Shown: positions 30,139 through 39,380 of the stretch, in pieces | How the letters are laid out: every line of letters starts with the position of its first letter | Numbering within the stretch: position 1 is the stretch's first letter | DNA from: an uncultured Gammaproteobacteria bacterium | Lineage (GTDB): Bacteria; Patescibacteriota; Patescibacteriia; UBA1558; 2-01-FULL-52-15 | Assembly: GCA_964540995.1 (NCBI GenBank) | Contig: CAZIOU010000002.1 | Coordinates: 43,750 to 107,749, forward strand | Length of the DNA: 64,000 nt | Direction: 5' to 3' | The notes under the pieces: generated by a model | Told to the model about the DNA's origin: nothing | Database searches by the model: none | What the model saw: the letters and a program-made list of their open reading frames with translations, nothing else | Translations under genes and position numbers: made by a program

Positions 30139-30335
30139 ACCTCTTAAATTAGCAATTTACGGCCAATATGGCAAACCTTGGGGCAATGTAACTTGACGAA
30201 ATTCCTTGAAAATTGTCAACGAAAATGGTATAGTAGTAGTCGCATAATTAATCATTGATTCGCATTCTGCAATCAAGGTGAGTGCGAACGGTGAATGGAT
30301 GATAGTACGTTATTAATGTCCGTCTGAAAAAAATC

Positions 30336-31658
30336 TTGGTAACCATAGCGCTCCACGCGGTGCGCTTCGTCACCTTACTCTCTGGTCCTATTGGTGCCTT
30401 TTTTTTGTTGGGAGGCAAAGGTATAAAATGGTCATTAAAAAAACTACTACTCAAACCAGCGCTCTTCATCTATCTGCGTGGTTTGAAATTACACAAAATA
30501 CTCACCAACAGTACCGCCAACAGTAATAGCAAATATCTTTACTGGATCAAACGCTTCGGTTATCCAACGACCGCTATTATTATCGTCTTACTGACCGCAA
30601 CCAATAATCTCACCGCCCGCGATCTGGTGCGATCAGACTTTGATACTCCCACTCGACTAGCGCAGATCATTGGTAATCCAGAGGAAGATTTCGTCACCTA
30701 CAGCACGGAGAACGCCTTGTCGCGACCCGCGCCCACGGTGACCAATTATCTAGAGGATATGGGCGCCCTAGACAATCCTATCGCTTCCTCACCTTTCGGT
30801 GATAATGATACCGACACGTTTCTTAGTATCACTCAAGGCGACACTGCTTTGGAAGCTCCCAGCATCAATGATATAGAAAGTTTACCGACCGCGCGTACTC
30901 GTAATGTCGTCTACACAGTGCAATCTGGAGACACGATCAGTGAGATCGCCCAGAAATTTAATATCAGCACCAACACCATCCTCTGGGCCAATGATTTAAC
31001 GACGCGATCCTCACTCAAACCAGGTCAGAAGCTAACTATCTTACCGACATCCGGCACGGTTCATACCGTCAAGGCTGGAGAATCGCTAGCAGCCATTGCC
31101 AAAAAATATCAAACCACTGTCGATCAAATTATCGCCTTCAACAAATTATCTAGTGAACGTGATATTCGTAGCGGCGAGAACCTGATTATTCCTGGCGGTA
31201 TCAAGCCCGCTACCGCGGTAGTTAAAGCTTACCAGCCACCAACAACAGCTAGTGTGTTGAAAAATATTATCGGCTCACCCGCTACTCAGGACAGCGGCGC
31301 TACGCTACTATGGCCATCGGGAAGTCATAAGATTACCCAATACTTCTCCTGGCGACACACTGGTCTCGACATCGGTACACCGATCGGATCGGCTGTCTAT
31401 GCTTCCGAAAATGGCCGTGTCACAGCTGCCGGCTGGAATAATAGCGGGTATGGTTATTATGTAGTCATTGATCATGGTAATGGCATGACCACGCTCTACG
31501 CTCACAACTCTGCCCTCTTGGTCAAAGAAGGCCAGAGTGTCTCCCGTGGTCAACAAATCTCCGAATCTGGCTCTACCGGAAGATCGACCGGACCTCATTT
31601 ACATTATGAAGTACGTGTTGGCGGTCGCCGTACCAACCCACTCAATTACATCCGATGA
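30336..31658 (+). CDS. LysM x2 + M23 family peptidoglycan endopeptidase
   Basis: YTVQSGDTISEIA, HTVKAGESLAAIA, HTGLD, YAHN, STGPHLHYEV; start codon uncertain. Confidence 0.93.
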   Translation: MVTIALHAVRFVTLLSGPIGAFFLLGGKGIKWSLKKLLLKPALFIYLRGLKLHKILTNSTANSNSKYLYWIKRFGYPTTAIIIVLLTATNNLTARDLVRSDFDTPTRLAQIIGNPEEDFVTYSTENALSRPAPTVTNYLEDMGALDNPIASSPFGDNDTDTFLSITQGDTALEAPSINDIESLPTARTRNVVYTVQSGDTISEIAQKFNISTNTILWANDLTTRSSLKPGQKLTILPTSGTVHTVKAGESLAAIAKKYQTTVDQIIAFNKLSSERDIRSGENLIIPGGIKPATAVVKAYQPPTTASVLKNIIGSPATQDSGATLLWPSGSHKITQYFSWRHTGLDIGTPIGSAVYASENGRVTAAGWNNSGYGYYVVIDHGNGMTTLYAHNSALLVKEGQSVSRGQQISESGSTGRSTGPHLHYEVRVGGRRTNPLNYIR

Positions 31659-32188
31659 TCTTACAGCTCATCCTCACCATCTTCATTACCGCGGTAGCTA
31701 TTGTTGTAGTCTGGCAAACATTGCAAGGCCGCCGCTTCGGCCCCTATGTACCGAGCAATATGAAGATGCTTAGGCGAGCGCTGCAGGAATTACCGCTAAC
31801 AGCTAGTGATAGATTTATTGATATTGGCTCGGGCGACGGTCGAGCGGTTATAGTCGCTGCCAAACAATTCGGCCTTCATGCGGATGGCATTGAGATCGCA
31901 CCAGTCCTCTGCTGGTGGGCTACGATGCGAACTTGGTTAGCCGGAGTACGATCCAAGACCAAGATTATCTGCGGTGATCTCTATCAGCTCGACCTAAGTA
32001 ATTATTCGATTATCTATATCTTTGGCTTACCAACTAATATCCAGACTAAAGTGTATGAGAAATTACAGCACGAGTGTAAGTCTGGAACCTACATTATTTC
32101 CTACAGTTTCTCTTTGCCGCAGCAGCAGCCAATCAAATTCTTGCAAGACCGCTGGCGCAAGATCATGATCTATAGAATTGAGAAATAA
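31655..32188 (+). CDS. Class I SAM-dependent methyltransferase with N-terminal TM
   Basis: GPYVPS, FIDIGSGDGR. Confidence 0.88.
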   Translation: MILQLILTIFITAVAIVVVWQTLQGRRFGPYVPSNMKMLRRALQELPLTASDRFIDIGSGDGRAVIVAAKQFGLHADGIEIAPVLCWWATMRTWLAGVRSKTKIICGDLYQLDLSNYSIIYIFGLPTNIQTKVYEKLQHECKSGTYIISYSFSLPQQQPIKFLQDRWRKIMIYRIEK

Positions 32189-32344
32189 GAATTGTTGTAA
32201 CACAAAACACTTTCATTATTCATAATTCTTAATTCTTCATTCTTAATTCATAATGTGTCTCACTTGACCTGTCGGTCATTTTTTGTTAAAAGGTAATGAC
32301 GTTTCGTCCCTTCACAATTACCTTTTCCTTCACAGGAGGCTATC

Positions 32345-33106
32345 ATGCCCGCTCGTTCTGCTTGGAAATCAGCTCTGATATATCTCGGACTGTTACTGAC
32401 AATAATTGGGTTACCGTGGGCACTTGTCTCGGTGCTGCGACCGCTCAATAGCACCGAATACGAACCAATCAGCTTCCAAGTAGCGGTCAATTTCATACAC
32501 TGGGGTGGTCTGTCGTGGCTTTTCTATGTGATCTTCTTCGCCACCACACTGTACTTCGCGGTCATGGGATTCAATATACGCTTCTACCGTCATTACTACT
32601 TTGCTCATGCGCGTATTGATGTCGCTGGACCGATGCCAAAGTTGGTAGCCGCCTATGGAGCCCAGAGCAGCGCTCCTAAATGGAAATTGGCTGACCTCGG
32701 TGGCAACGACTTTCAAATCAAACAAGTCTCAATCTCGATCCCTATGAGGATGCAGCCGATCGCAGACAACCCTAAGGTCAGAAGATTGACCTACGAGATT
32801 CAATTTGCTTCAGCGACAAACACGGCGTCGGCAGAGCATACACTGCAGTTGGTCACCCAAGCATCAAAGGTGTCCAATCAAGGTCGTATCGATGGTGATG
32901 GTAGCCTGAAAGAAGCACTGGAACGCTGGCTCAAGTATCACCTGTATATTTTCAACGAGCGGAATAGTCGGCACCTGGGTGAGCTGTTCAATCCGTTGGA
33001 TAATGAACAGCAGAAAGCCTTCTGGGATCTGATCAACGATTACTTCATACCGATCGTGGCAGGATCTGGTCTGATGGTCCAGCGCGCCAAATTCGATCTG
33101 ACTTAA
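32345..33106 (+). CDS. Orphan membrane protein (2 N-terminal TM)
   Basis: SD AGGAGG, upstream promoter, terminator at 33117-33143. Confidence 0.7.
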   Translation: MPARSAWKSALIYLGLLLTIIGLPWALVSVLRPLNSTEYEPISFQVAVNFIHWGGLSWLFYVIFFATTLYFAVMGFNIRFYRHYYFAHARIDVAGPMPKLVAAYGAQSSAPKWKLADLGGNDFQIKQVSISIPMRMQPIADNPKVRRLTYEIQFASATNTASAEHTLQLVTQASKVSNQGRIDGDGSLKEALERWLKYHLYIFNERNSRHLGELFNPLDNEQQKAFWDLINDYFIPIVAGSGLMVQRAKFDLT

Positions 33107-33160
33107 TAACAAATACAAGCCCCACATGTTTCATGTGGGGCTTTCTTATTAAGAAAAATC

Positions 33161-33736
33161 TTACTTCCTAACTTCTTTGTAGCAGAAACAACTCACCAAA
33201 TGATCATTAACCATCCCAGCTGCTTGCATGAAAGCATAACAGATCGTCGGGCCGCAGAAGGTAAAGCCGCGTTGCTTCAAATCCTTACTCATCTGCTCTG
33301 CTTCAACTGTCTTGGCCGGTAAATCTTTGGACATTTTCCAACTATTTTTAATAGTCTTACCCTTAGTAAACTGCCAAATATAGTTATCAAATGAACCGAA
33401 CTCTTTCTGAATCTGCAAAAAAGCTTTAGCGTTTTTAATCGATCCTTCAATCTTCAATTTATTACGGATAATTCCGGCATTGTTCATCAGCCGTTTATAG
33501 TCGCGAGCGGTAAAGGCCGCCACCTTCCGAGGATCGAAATTAGCAAAGGCCTTCTCGAAATTCTGACGCTTATTAATAATTGTTGACCAGGACAAGCCAG
33601 CCTGAAAAGCATCTAATATAAAAAATTCAAACAACTTCCTGTCATTATGCAGTGGCACTCCCCACTCCTTATCATGATAAGCGATCATCAGAGGGTTCTC
33701 TCCGACCCAGCTACAACGTTTTTTTGATTTGTACAT
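33161..33736 (-). CDS. tag: DNA-3-methyladenine glycosylase I
   Basis: RCSW, YHDKEWGVP, FQAGLSW, IIRNKLKI, MQAAGMVNDH..C. Confidence 0.96.
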   Translation of the reverse strand: MYKSKKRCSWVGENPLMIAYHDKEWGVPLHNDRKLFEFFILDAFQAGLSWSTIINKRQNFEKAFANFDPRKVAAFTARDYKRLMNNAGIIRNKLKIEGSIKNAKAFLQIQKEFGSFDNYIWQFTKGKTIKNSWKMSKDLPAKTVEAEQMSKDLKQRGFTFCGPTICYAFMQAAGMVNDHLVSCFCYKEVRK

Positions 33737-33741
33737 AGCAG

Positions 33742-33781
33742 CCTGTCATTGCGACCCCGCCTGCTGCGGGGGAAGCAATCT
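33742..33781. repeat. REP-like element of the GTCATTGCGA...GAAGCAATC type
   Basis: CCTGTCATTGCGA-CCCCGC-CTGCT-GCGGGG-GAAGCAATCT. Confidence 0.55.
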
Positions 33782-33790
33782 AGCATTACG

Positions 33791-34096
33791 CTAATTAAAA
33801 GTTTTCCTAACCACCTTAGCTAACTCCTGAATGTCATCGTCAGGACTAATCTTATTCTTCTTGCGATAGCCACAGTCGATACACTCATGCACGATAATCA
33901 TATGTTCGCTCGACCCTTCCGATGCCACCGGCTCCATCATACCACCACACTCGGCTGCTCGATCGCCTGGGTTAATATCAACGTGTTTGCTCCAGAGACA
34001 TTTGGGACAATGATTGGTATAACCATTACCGGTCACTTCATGGCCGCAGTGCTCGCAGACAAAATCTTCTACGTTTCTTTGGAACTTCTTAGGCAT
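33791..34096 (-). CDS. RNHCP domain zinc-ribbon protein
   Basis: FVCEHCG, YTNHCPKCLWSKHVD..PGDRA..CGG, HECIDCG. Confidence 0.9.
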   Translation of the reverse strand: MPKKFQRNVEDFVCEHCGHEVTGNGYTNHCPKCLWSKHVDINPGDRAAECGGMMEPVASEGSSEHMIIVHECIDCGYRKKNKISPDDDIQELAKVVRKTFN

Positions 34097-34100
34097 ACTA

Positions 34101-34496
34101 TTACTGCAGTGGTAAACAATTTTGGGAAAAGTCAGAACCTTTTCCTGCAACCATACCAACTCTTACTGCTTGTGAGGGGTATTCATACTGCAAAGCTATC
34201 TGGTAGCCGTCTTTGGTCACCCAAAGATTAGCTGATCGTCCATGAGTAAACCGGATAGTAAATAGGCCCGCAGAGTCACTTTGACTCGTTACCCAATAAT
34301 TCTTATCCCACACCAGATAACTATCCCAACCCCATCCCTGCTGCCTCGCTGTGACGGTAGCATTGGCAATAGGTTGATTGGTACTACAATCATAGACAGT
34401 ACCAGCCACAACTTTCTGACCGAGAAACGATGTGTAGACTGCAACGAAAACAACTACCAGTATCACAGCTAGTATGAATAGGAAGATTTTTTTCAT
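34101..34496 (-). CDS. Secreted protein with carboxypeptidase-regulatory-like domain
   Basis: Signal/TM, GTVYDCSTNQPIANATV, SDSAGLF, VTKDGY. Confidence 0.7.
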   Translation of the reverse strand: MKKIFLFILAVILVVVFVAVYTSFLGQKVVAGTVYDCSTNQPIANATVTARQQGWGWDSYLVWDKNYWVTSQSDSAGLFTIRFTHGRSANLWVTKDGYQIALQYEYPSQAVRVGMVAGKGSDFSQNCLPLQ

Positions 34497-34525
34497 AACG
34501 TAGGTAGAGAAGGTTGTAGAATAAT

Positions 34526-35926
34526 TTAGCGGCTATAGCGGCTCGGGGCGCGGCGTTTGCCACCCATGCCTCGTTTGCTGTCACGTCGAGTAGATTGACT
34601 GCGTCGGCGTCCAAAGGAATGATCGGCACCGGTAGTACTATCTCCTCCGCTGTGTCCTTGGGTATGATCAGAGAAACGTGAGCTGCCGGGTCTGCGGCCG
34701 CGTGTAAATGGTCGTGAGGTTGCACGTGATCTGCCTTCTGGTACATCAGCGTGATAACGTGAAGCTTCAACTTCTGCTTGTGGTCTGACAGGAGCCAGCG
34801 TAGTCGGGCGTTTCATCGCTACCGTGGTACGGGTAAGACGTTCAATATCACGGACCTTACCACGTTGATCAGCCGACACGAACGTAATAGCTAAACCGGA
34901 TGAACCAGCCCGTCCTGTACGACCAATGCGGTGCACATAATCTTCGGGGTCTTCTGGCATATCAAAGTTAACGACTAATTCAATATCTTGCACATCAATA
35001 CCGCGAGCAGCTATATCAGTAGCAACTAAGACACGATATTTACCGTTCTTGAATCCACGGATAGCATCCTGACGTTGGGCCAGCGAGCGGTTAGAGTGAA
35101 TTTCTGTGGCTCGATGTCCCATAGCACCGACCGCTTGACTGATGCGTTTGGCTCCATGCTTGGTTCGAGAGAAAACCAGTACAGTTCCTTTATACTGACT
35201 TAGCAATGAATCGAGTAAACGAATTTTTTCTTCTTTATTAACCATCAGAAATTCTTGTTGCACTTTGTCAGTCAGAGTACCAGCGCGAGCAACTTCGATG
35301 CGTAGTGGCAATTCCATATAGGCAGTAGCCAACTTAACGATCGGATCAGGCATCGTAGCGGAGAAAAGCATCACCTGTCGCTTGTCGGGCAAAGCACTCA
35401 TAATGCGCTTGATCTGTGGTGCGAAACCCATGTCAAACATACGATCAGCTTCATCCAAGACGACGATCTTCACCCGACGGAGATCGACTGAACGTTGTGT
35501 CATATGATCGAGTAAACGTCCTGGTGTAGCGATGATGATGTGAGGGTTACGATTGAGCGCTGCCAGTTGTCTACGAATATCAGTACCGCCGATAAGAACA
35601 ACCGAGTTCATACGCAAAGGTCGGCCCAATTTCTCGACTACTTCTTCTACTTGGATGGCTAGCTCGCGAGTCGGAACTACAATTAAACCTAAACCGCCAA
35701 GTACTTGTAGTCGCTGCATCAAAGGGATGACGAAGGCTAAAGTCTTACCGGTGCCGGTCTGGGCCACACCGATCAGATCTTTGCCGGTGACAGCGATCGG
35801 GATAGCTTTGTGTTGGATCGGTGTCGGTGTAGTAAATTGTAAACGGTCAAGAATACCCAAAATATTCTGGTTGATGCCGAGTGTGGTGAAACTTTGGTTT
35901 GGGACTGGCGTTGGTGATTGATTCAC
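34526..35926 (-). CDS. DEAD-box RNA helicase (RhlE-like)
   Basis: Q motif, AQTGTGKT, PTRELA, TPGR, DEAD, SAT, ARGID, HRIGRTGR; Arg-rich tail. Confidence 0.96.
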   Translation of the reverse strand: MNQSPTPVPNQSFTTLGINQNILGILDRLQFTTPTPIQHKAIPIAVTGKDLIGVAQTGTGKTLAFVIPLMQRLQVLGGLGLIVVPTRELAIQVEEVVEKLGRPLRMNSVVLIGGTDIRRQLAALNRNPHIIIATPGRLLDHMTQRSVDLRRVKIVVLDEADRMFDMGFAPQIKRIMSALPDKRQVMLFSATMPDPIVKLATAYMELPLRIEVARAGTLTDKVQQEFLMVNKEEKIRLLDSLLSQYKGTVLVFSRTKHGAKRISQAVGAMGHRATEIHSNRSLAQRQDAIRGFKNGKYRVLVATDIAARGIDVQDIELVVNFDMPEDPEDYVHRIGRTGRAGSSGLAITFVSADQRGKVRDIERLTRTTVAMKRPTTLAPVRPQAEVEASRYHADVPEGRSRATSRPFTRGRRPGSSRFSDHTQGHSGGDSTTGADHSFGRRRSQSTRRDSKRGMGGKRRAPSRYSR

Positions 35927-35994
35927 GGTGATTATGATTTGTACTAACTTAAATTGTAATTATAGTCTTCAGATGCCTTGGTCGCTGAGCGATA

Positions 35995-36234
35995 TTAATT
36001 GTAAGTCACATCGCTTCTCCGTTGTATCGAAAATATATGATACTTACCACGTCCATCAATGATTATAAATATTCGTATACTGCCGACACGGACTCGCAGT
36101 ATGTCCTTGCGGTTGGCAATCTTCTTGATATCTAGAGCAGTAAGATCCTGACTTTGGATCTGATGAATAACAGCCAGCACCCTCTGTAGTTCTTTGGTCG
36201 TCAAGCGCTGAAGAAACTTCTCGATCTTATCCAT
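35995..36234 (-). CDS. RelE/ParE family toxin
   Basis: 79 aa, basic, DIKKI...LRVRVGSIRI...RRSDVTY; downstream of antitoxin. Confidence 0.8.
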   Translation of the reverse strand: MDKIEKFLQRLTTKELQRVLAVIHQIQSQDLTALDIKKIANRKDILRVRVGSIRIFIIIDGRGKYHIFSIQRRSDVTYN

Positions 36235-36238
36235 ACTG

Positions 36239-36478
36239 CTATTTCTTAAGCATCCGAGTCAGAGTCTTCTCGACTTTCTCAATCGTGACACCCTTGGGGT
36301 CAATCTGAGTGAAATCAATCACTTCTTCCCAAACGCCATCATCGATATCCGGCGAGGACAATCGGAATACTGGACGAGATTTGCGAACCACCAAGAAAGA
36401 CTGACCCTTTTTAACTTTTTTGATGTAATCCTCAGTATTCTCGCGCAACTCTTTGAGACCAATTATTTTCTCTGCCAT
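36239..36478 (-). CDS. Phd/YefM family antitoxin
   Basis: IIGLKELREN...VKKGQSFLVVRKSRPVF. Confidence 0.85.
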   Translation of the reverse strand: MAEKIIGLKELRENTEDYIKKVKKGQSFLVVRKSRPVFRLSSPDIDDGVWEEVIDFTQIDPKGVTIEKVEKTLTRMLKK

Positions 36479-36484
36479 AGACTC

Positions 36485-36508
36485 TAAGTTAATCTTAAGA
36501 TTAACTTA
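36485..36508. promoter_or_regulatory. Putative TA operator (perfect 24-bp palindrome)
   Basis: TAAGTTAATCTT/AAGATTAACTTA directly upstream of the antitoxin start. Confidence 0.7.
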
Positions 36509-36541
36509 AGGTAGCATCAAATTACTTTTTATGCAACCGAC

Positions 36542-37297
36542 CTAGGCTTTTGACTTATCTCTATGGTACTGCTCTAATAATGCGTTAATCACCTTTGCTA
36601 ATTGCACAGTGAGCATATAAATATCGTCAAGAACTTTTCGACCAGTTTCGTCCGTTTGCTCCGCAAGAAACCCGGATACAGCTGCGTCAGCATAATAGTA
36701 TCTGGTCTCATAAAATCCTGTGCTCGTTGACGAATACGTTGCGAACTTGGTTAAATCTCCCAAATCCTGCTCAAAAAAATGCCTTCTAAATCCTTGCGCT
36801 AGTGGCTTACCTGATTGAAAAAAATGAAATGCAACATTATTTCTAATCATTAATAACAGATGCCTTATCTTTTCAATATCAACCTCATTATATTCTTTGG
36901 TCTCCTTATCGTCGCAAATATCAATAAGTAGCGACCAGATTTTTTGATCATTACTATTCAGCTGCTGATAATATCTTTGAAAAATCGTCGAATCAATAAT
37001 TTTTCGATTTTCCGAAATTAAAAGGAGCGACTCATGTAATAAACCAATTGTGTATTTAAGAGTTTGTATTTTTAAACCAGCAAATTCACCCGCATGTTCT
37101 GAATACTCAGTAGGTTGTGGCTTTCTATAATATCTTTCGCGCCACTTATCAAAGTACACCAAACCTTTTAAGTCATTAAAAACCATTGCTAATGACAAGA
37201 AAAACAAATCTAGCTCCTGCCCAGAGGTGCTTGGTGAATCAGAAATTAATCCTTCGGGCTTTAATTTCCTCAATTTGCTATTCTTAAATTCTTCCAT
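36542..37297 (-). CDS. AT-rich hypothetical protein, possible HEPN-family nuclease
   Basis: All-helical pattern, IRNNVAFH (R-x5-H); located at the tRNA 3' end. Confidence 0.55.
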   Translation of the reverse strand: MEEFKNSKLRKLKPEGLISDSPSTSGQELDLFFLSLAMVFNDLKGLVYFDKWRERYYRKPQPTEYSEHAGEFAGLKIQTLKYTIGLLHESLLLISENRKIIDSTIFQRYYQQLNSNDQKIWSLLIDICDDKETKEYNEVDIEKIRHLLLMIRNNVAFHFFQSGKPLAQGFRRHFFEQDLGDLTKFATYSSTSTGFYETRYYYADAAVSGFLAEQTDETGRKVLDDIYMLTVQLAKVINALLEQYHRDKSKA

Positions 37298-37344
37298 TAA
37301 ATATACGCTAGCTAATACTCTGAAATAATCGGAGGGGAAAGTAA

Positions 37345-37420
37345 TGGTGGGCCTGGGTGGAATCGAACCACCTACTTCGATCTTATAAGGATCGCACTCT
37401 AACCGATGAGTTACAGGCCC
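37345..37420 (-). tRNA. tRNA-Ile with UAU anticodon
   Basis: GGGCCTG TA ACTC ATCGGTTA GAGT G CGATC CT-TAT-AA GATCG AAGTA GGTGG TTCGATT CCACC CAGGCCC A CCA; 76 nt, complete cloverleaf. Confidence 0.95.
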
Positions 37421-37486
37421 AAAAAAAAGAACAACTCAATTGTGCTGGTTTAATGCTTCATTGTCAATGCAATCTCGTTCTACCCC

Positions 37487-39244
37487 CTATTTGATAAATC
37501 CTCCAGCCTGAATATTCCACAAAGTCTGATAAATACCCCTTTTCTTCAAAAGTTCCTGATGGGTGCCACTATCGACCACCTTGCCAGCATCGATAACAAT
37601 TATTCTATCCATCTGCATAATAGTTGATAATCTATGAGCCACAACAATGGTAGTCTTATTTTGCATGAGGTGGGCTAACGCCTCTTGAATCAAATGTTCC
37701 GATTCAGAATCCAAGCTAGAGGTAGCTTCATCTAACACCAAGATAGGTGCATTTTTCAAAATGGCTCGCGCGATGGCCACACGCTGACGTTCACCGCCTG
37801 ATAATTTGATGCCTCGCTCCCCGACAAATGTTTTGTACCCATCAGGTAAAGCAGTAATAAATTCGTGACAACGTGCCTTCTTGGAGGCAGCGATAACTTC
37901 TTCGTCACTGGCGGAAGCCCGTCCATAGCGAATATTATCCATCAGGCTTCGGTGAAATAGTATCGGCTCTTGTGGTACCAAGGCGATGTTTCTACGAAGA
38001 CTATCTTGAGTCATGTCGGCAATATTCTGGCCATCGATCAATATCTTCCCTTGAGTGACGTCGTGAAAACGGAATAATAATTTAGTGATCGTCGTCTTAC
38101 CGGCACCTGAGGCTCCAACCAGAGCAACTTTCTCGTGAGATTTTATTTTAAGGTTAAACTTCTTTAAGACGAGGCGAGTAGAATGGAAGTAGAATGAGAC
38201 GTCAGAAAATTCTACTTCACCCCTTTTGACAGTAATGTTCTTGGCTCGAGGCTTATCCTGAACTTCATAGGGTAATTCCAATATCTCTACCATCTCTTTG
38301 GCATCGGAGAAGCTTTCATAGATCCTACGGAAGGACTGATTAATATTCCATAGACGACCAAATACTAGAGCCAAATAGCCTTGAATGAGTATGATATCTC
38401 CAAGGGTCAGGACTCCTTGTCGCCATAATTGGATTCCCCAATACAACAATACGATCTGTATGATCACATTGAGTAACGCTTGCAAGGCACTAATGAACTC
38501 ACCTCGAAACCAGCTAGAGATCTGCAGCTGGCGCCAACGATGAATATTGGTTCGATAACTAGCTTGCTCGCGATTCGTTCCATTGAATAACTTAGTCGTT
38601 GTAGCATTGGAGAAAACATCAGTCGTGAATCCGACAATTTCTGAATCAACGGCTGCTTTCTTGACGTCGATCTTAAACTTCCAACGAGATGCCAAGACGT
38701 TGGCGTAAATAAATATGGCACACCAGACCACGAAGACCAGTGACATATAAGGAAAGCGCAACGCCAAAGCAATAATGGCCCCAATTAGTACAATAATAAC
38801 CGGAATAATACGGTACTGAAATTCATCAGCTATAACCATAAAGGCTTGGCCGATTCGCCCAACTTTCCTCGCCAGAGAACCGGCGAAGTTATCCGTAAAA
38901 AATTTATACGAATGCCCTAGTAGATAATTGAAGCAGGTCTGTTGCAGATCGGCGATGACGTGCGGCTCCCAGTAGGTAGAGACGAAACCAAATACTCTAT
39001 TACCGATCCAATTGACCAGATTGATAACAAAGATCGTGCCTATAATCCACATAAGAGTAGTGGCAATTTCGGGGGTACTAGCTCCTTGCGACATAACATC
39101 TATCAAGCGCTTCATGAACCAAGGACTGATCGTGTCCATGATCACTGCAGCTAAGATCGAAGCGACAATAACAACAACATGCCAAGGATACTTCCAAGCA
39201 TGTCGCCAGAATATTTTTGCAATCGTTGAATTTTTAACTGCCAT
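37487..39244 (-). CDS. ABC exporter, fused TMD-NBD (MsbA/MdlB-like)
   Basis: 6 TM, GASGAGKT, LSGGERQR, LVLDEATSSLD, AHRLST. Confidence 0.95.
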   Translation of the reverse strand: MAVKNSTIAKIFWRHAWKYPWHVVVIVASILAAVIMDTISPWFMKRLIDVMSQGASTPEIATTLMWIIGTIFVINLVNWIGNRVFGFVSTYWEPHVIADLQQTCFNYLLGHSYKFFTDNFAGSLARKVGRIGQAFMVIADEFQYRIIPVIIVLIGAIIALALRFPYMSLVFVVWCAIFIYANVLASRWKFKIDVKKAAVDSEIVGFTTDVFSNATTTKLFNGTNREQASYRTNIHRWRQLQISSWFRGEFISALQALLNVIIQIVLLYWGIQLWRQGVLTLGDIILIQGYLALVFGRLWNINQSFRRIYESFSDAKEMVEILELPYEVQDKPRAKNITVKRGEVEFSDVSFYFHSTRLVLKKFNLKIKSHEKVALVGASGAGKTTITKLLFRFHDVTQGKILIDGQNIADMTQDSLRRNIALVPQEPILFHRSLMDNIRYGRASASDEEVIAASKKARCHEFITALPDGYKTFVGERGIKLSGGERQRVAIARAILKNAPILVLDEATSSLDSESEHLIQEALAHLMQNKTTIVVAHRLSTIMQMDRIIVIDAGKVVDSGTHQELLKKRGIYQTLWNIQAGGFIK

Positions 39245-39380
39245 AGTATTTAAGTATACCTAAAACTGACTCAAATGTCAGTCTTTTTATCCTCTTCTGA
39301 CTCACCTACTCACTATAATCCCAGTTCCTCGGCCAGAGGCCGATCTAAGTTCCCAGTTCTCAATTTCTAGTTCCAAATGC

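Noticed and set aside
35930-37345. attL/attR duplication of the tRNA 3' end
   Set aside because: No second copy of CCCAGGCCCACCA found by eye downstream of the tRNA
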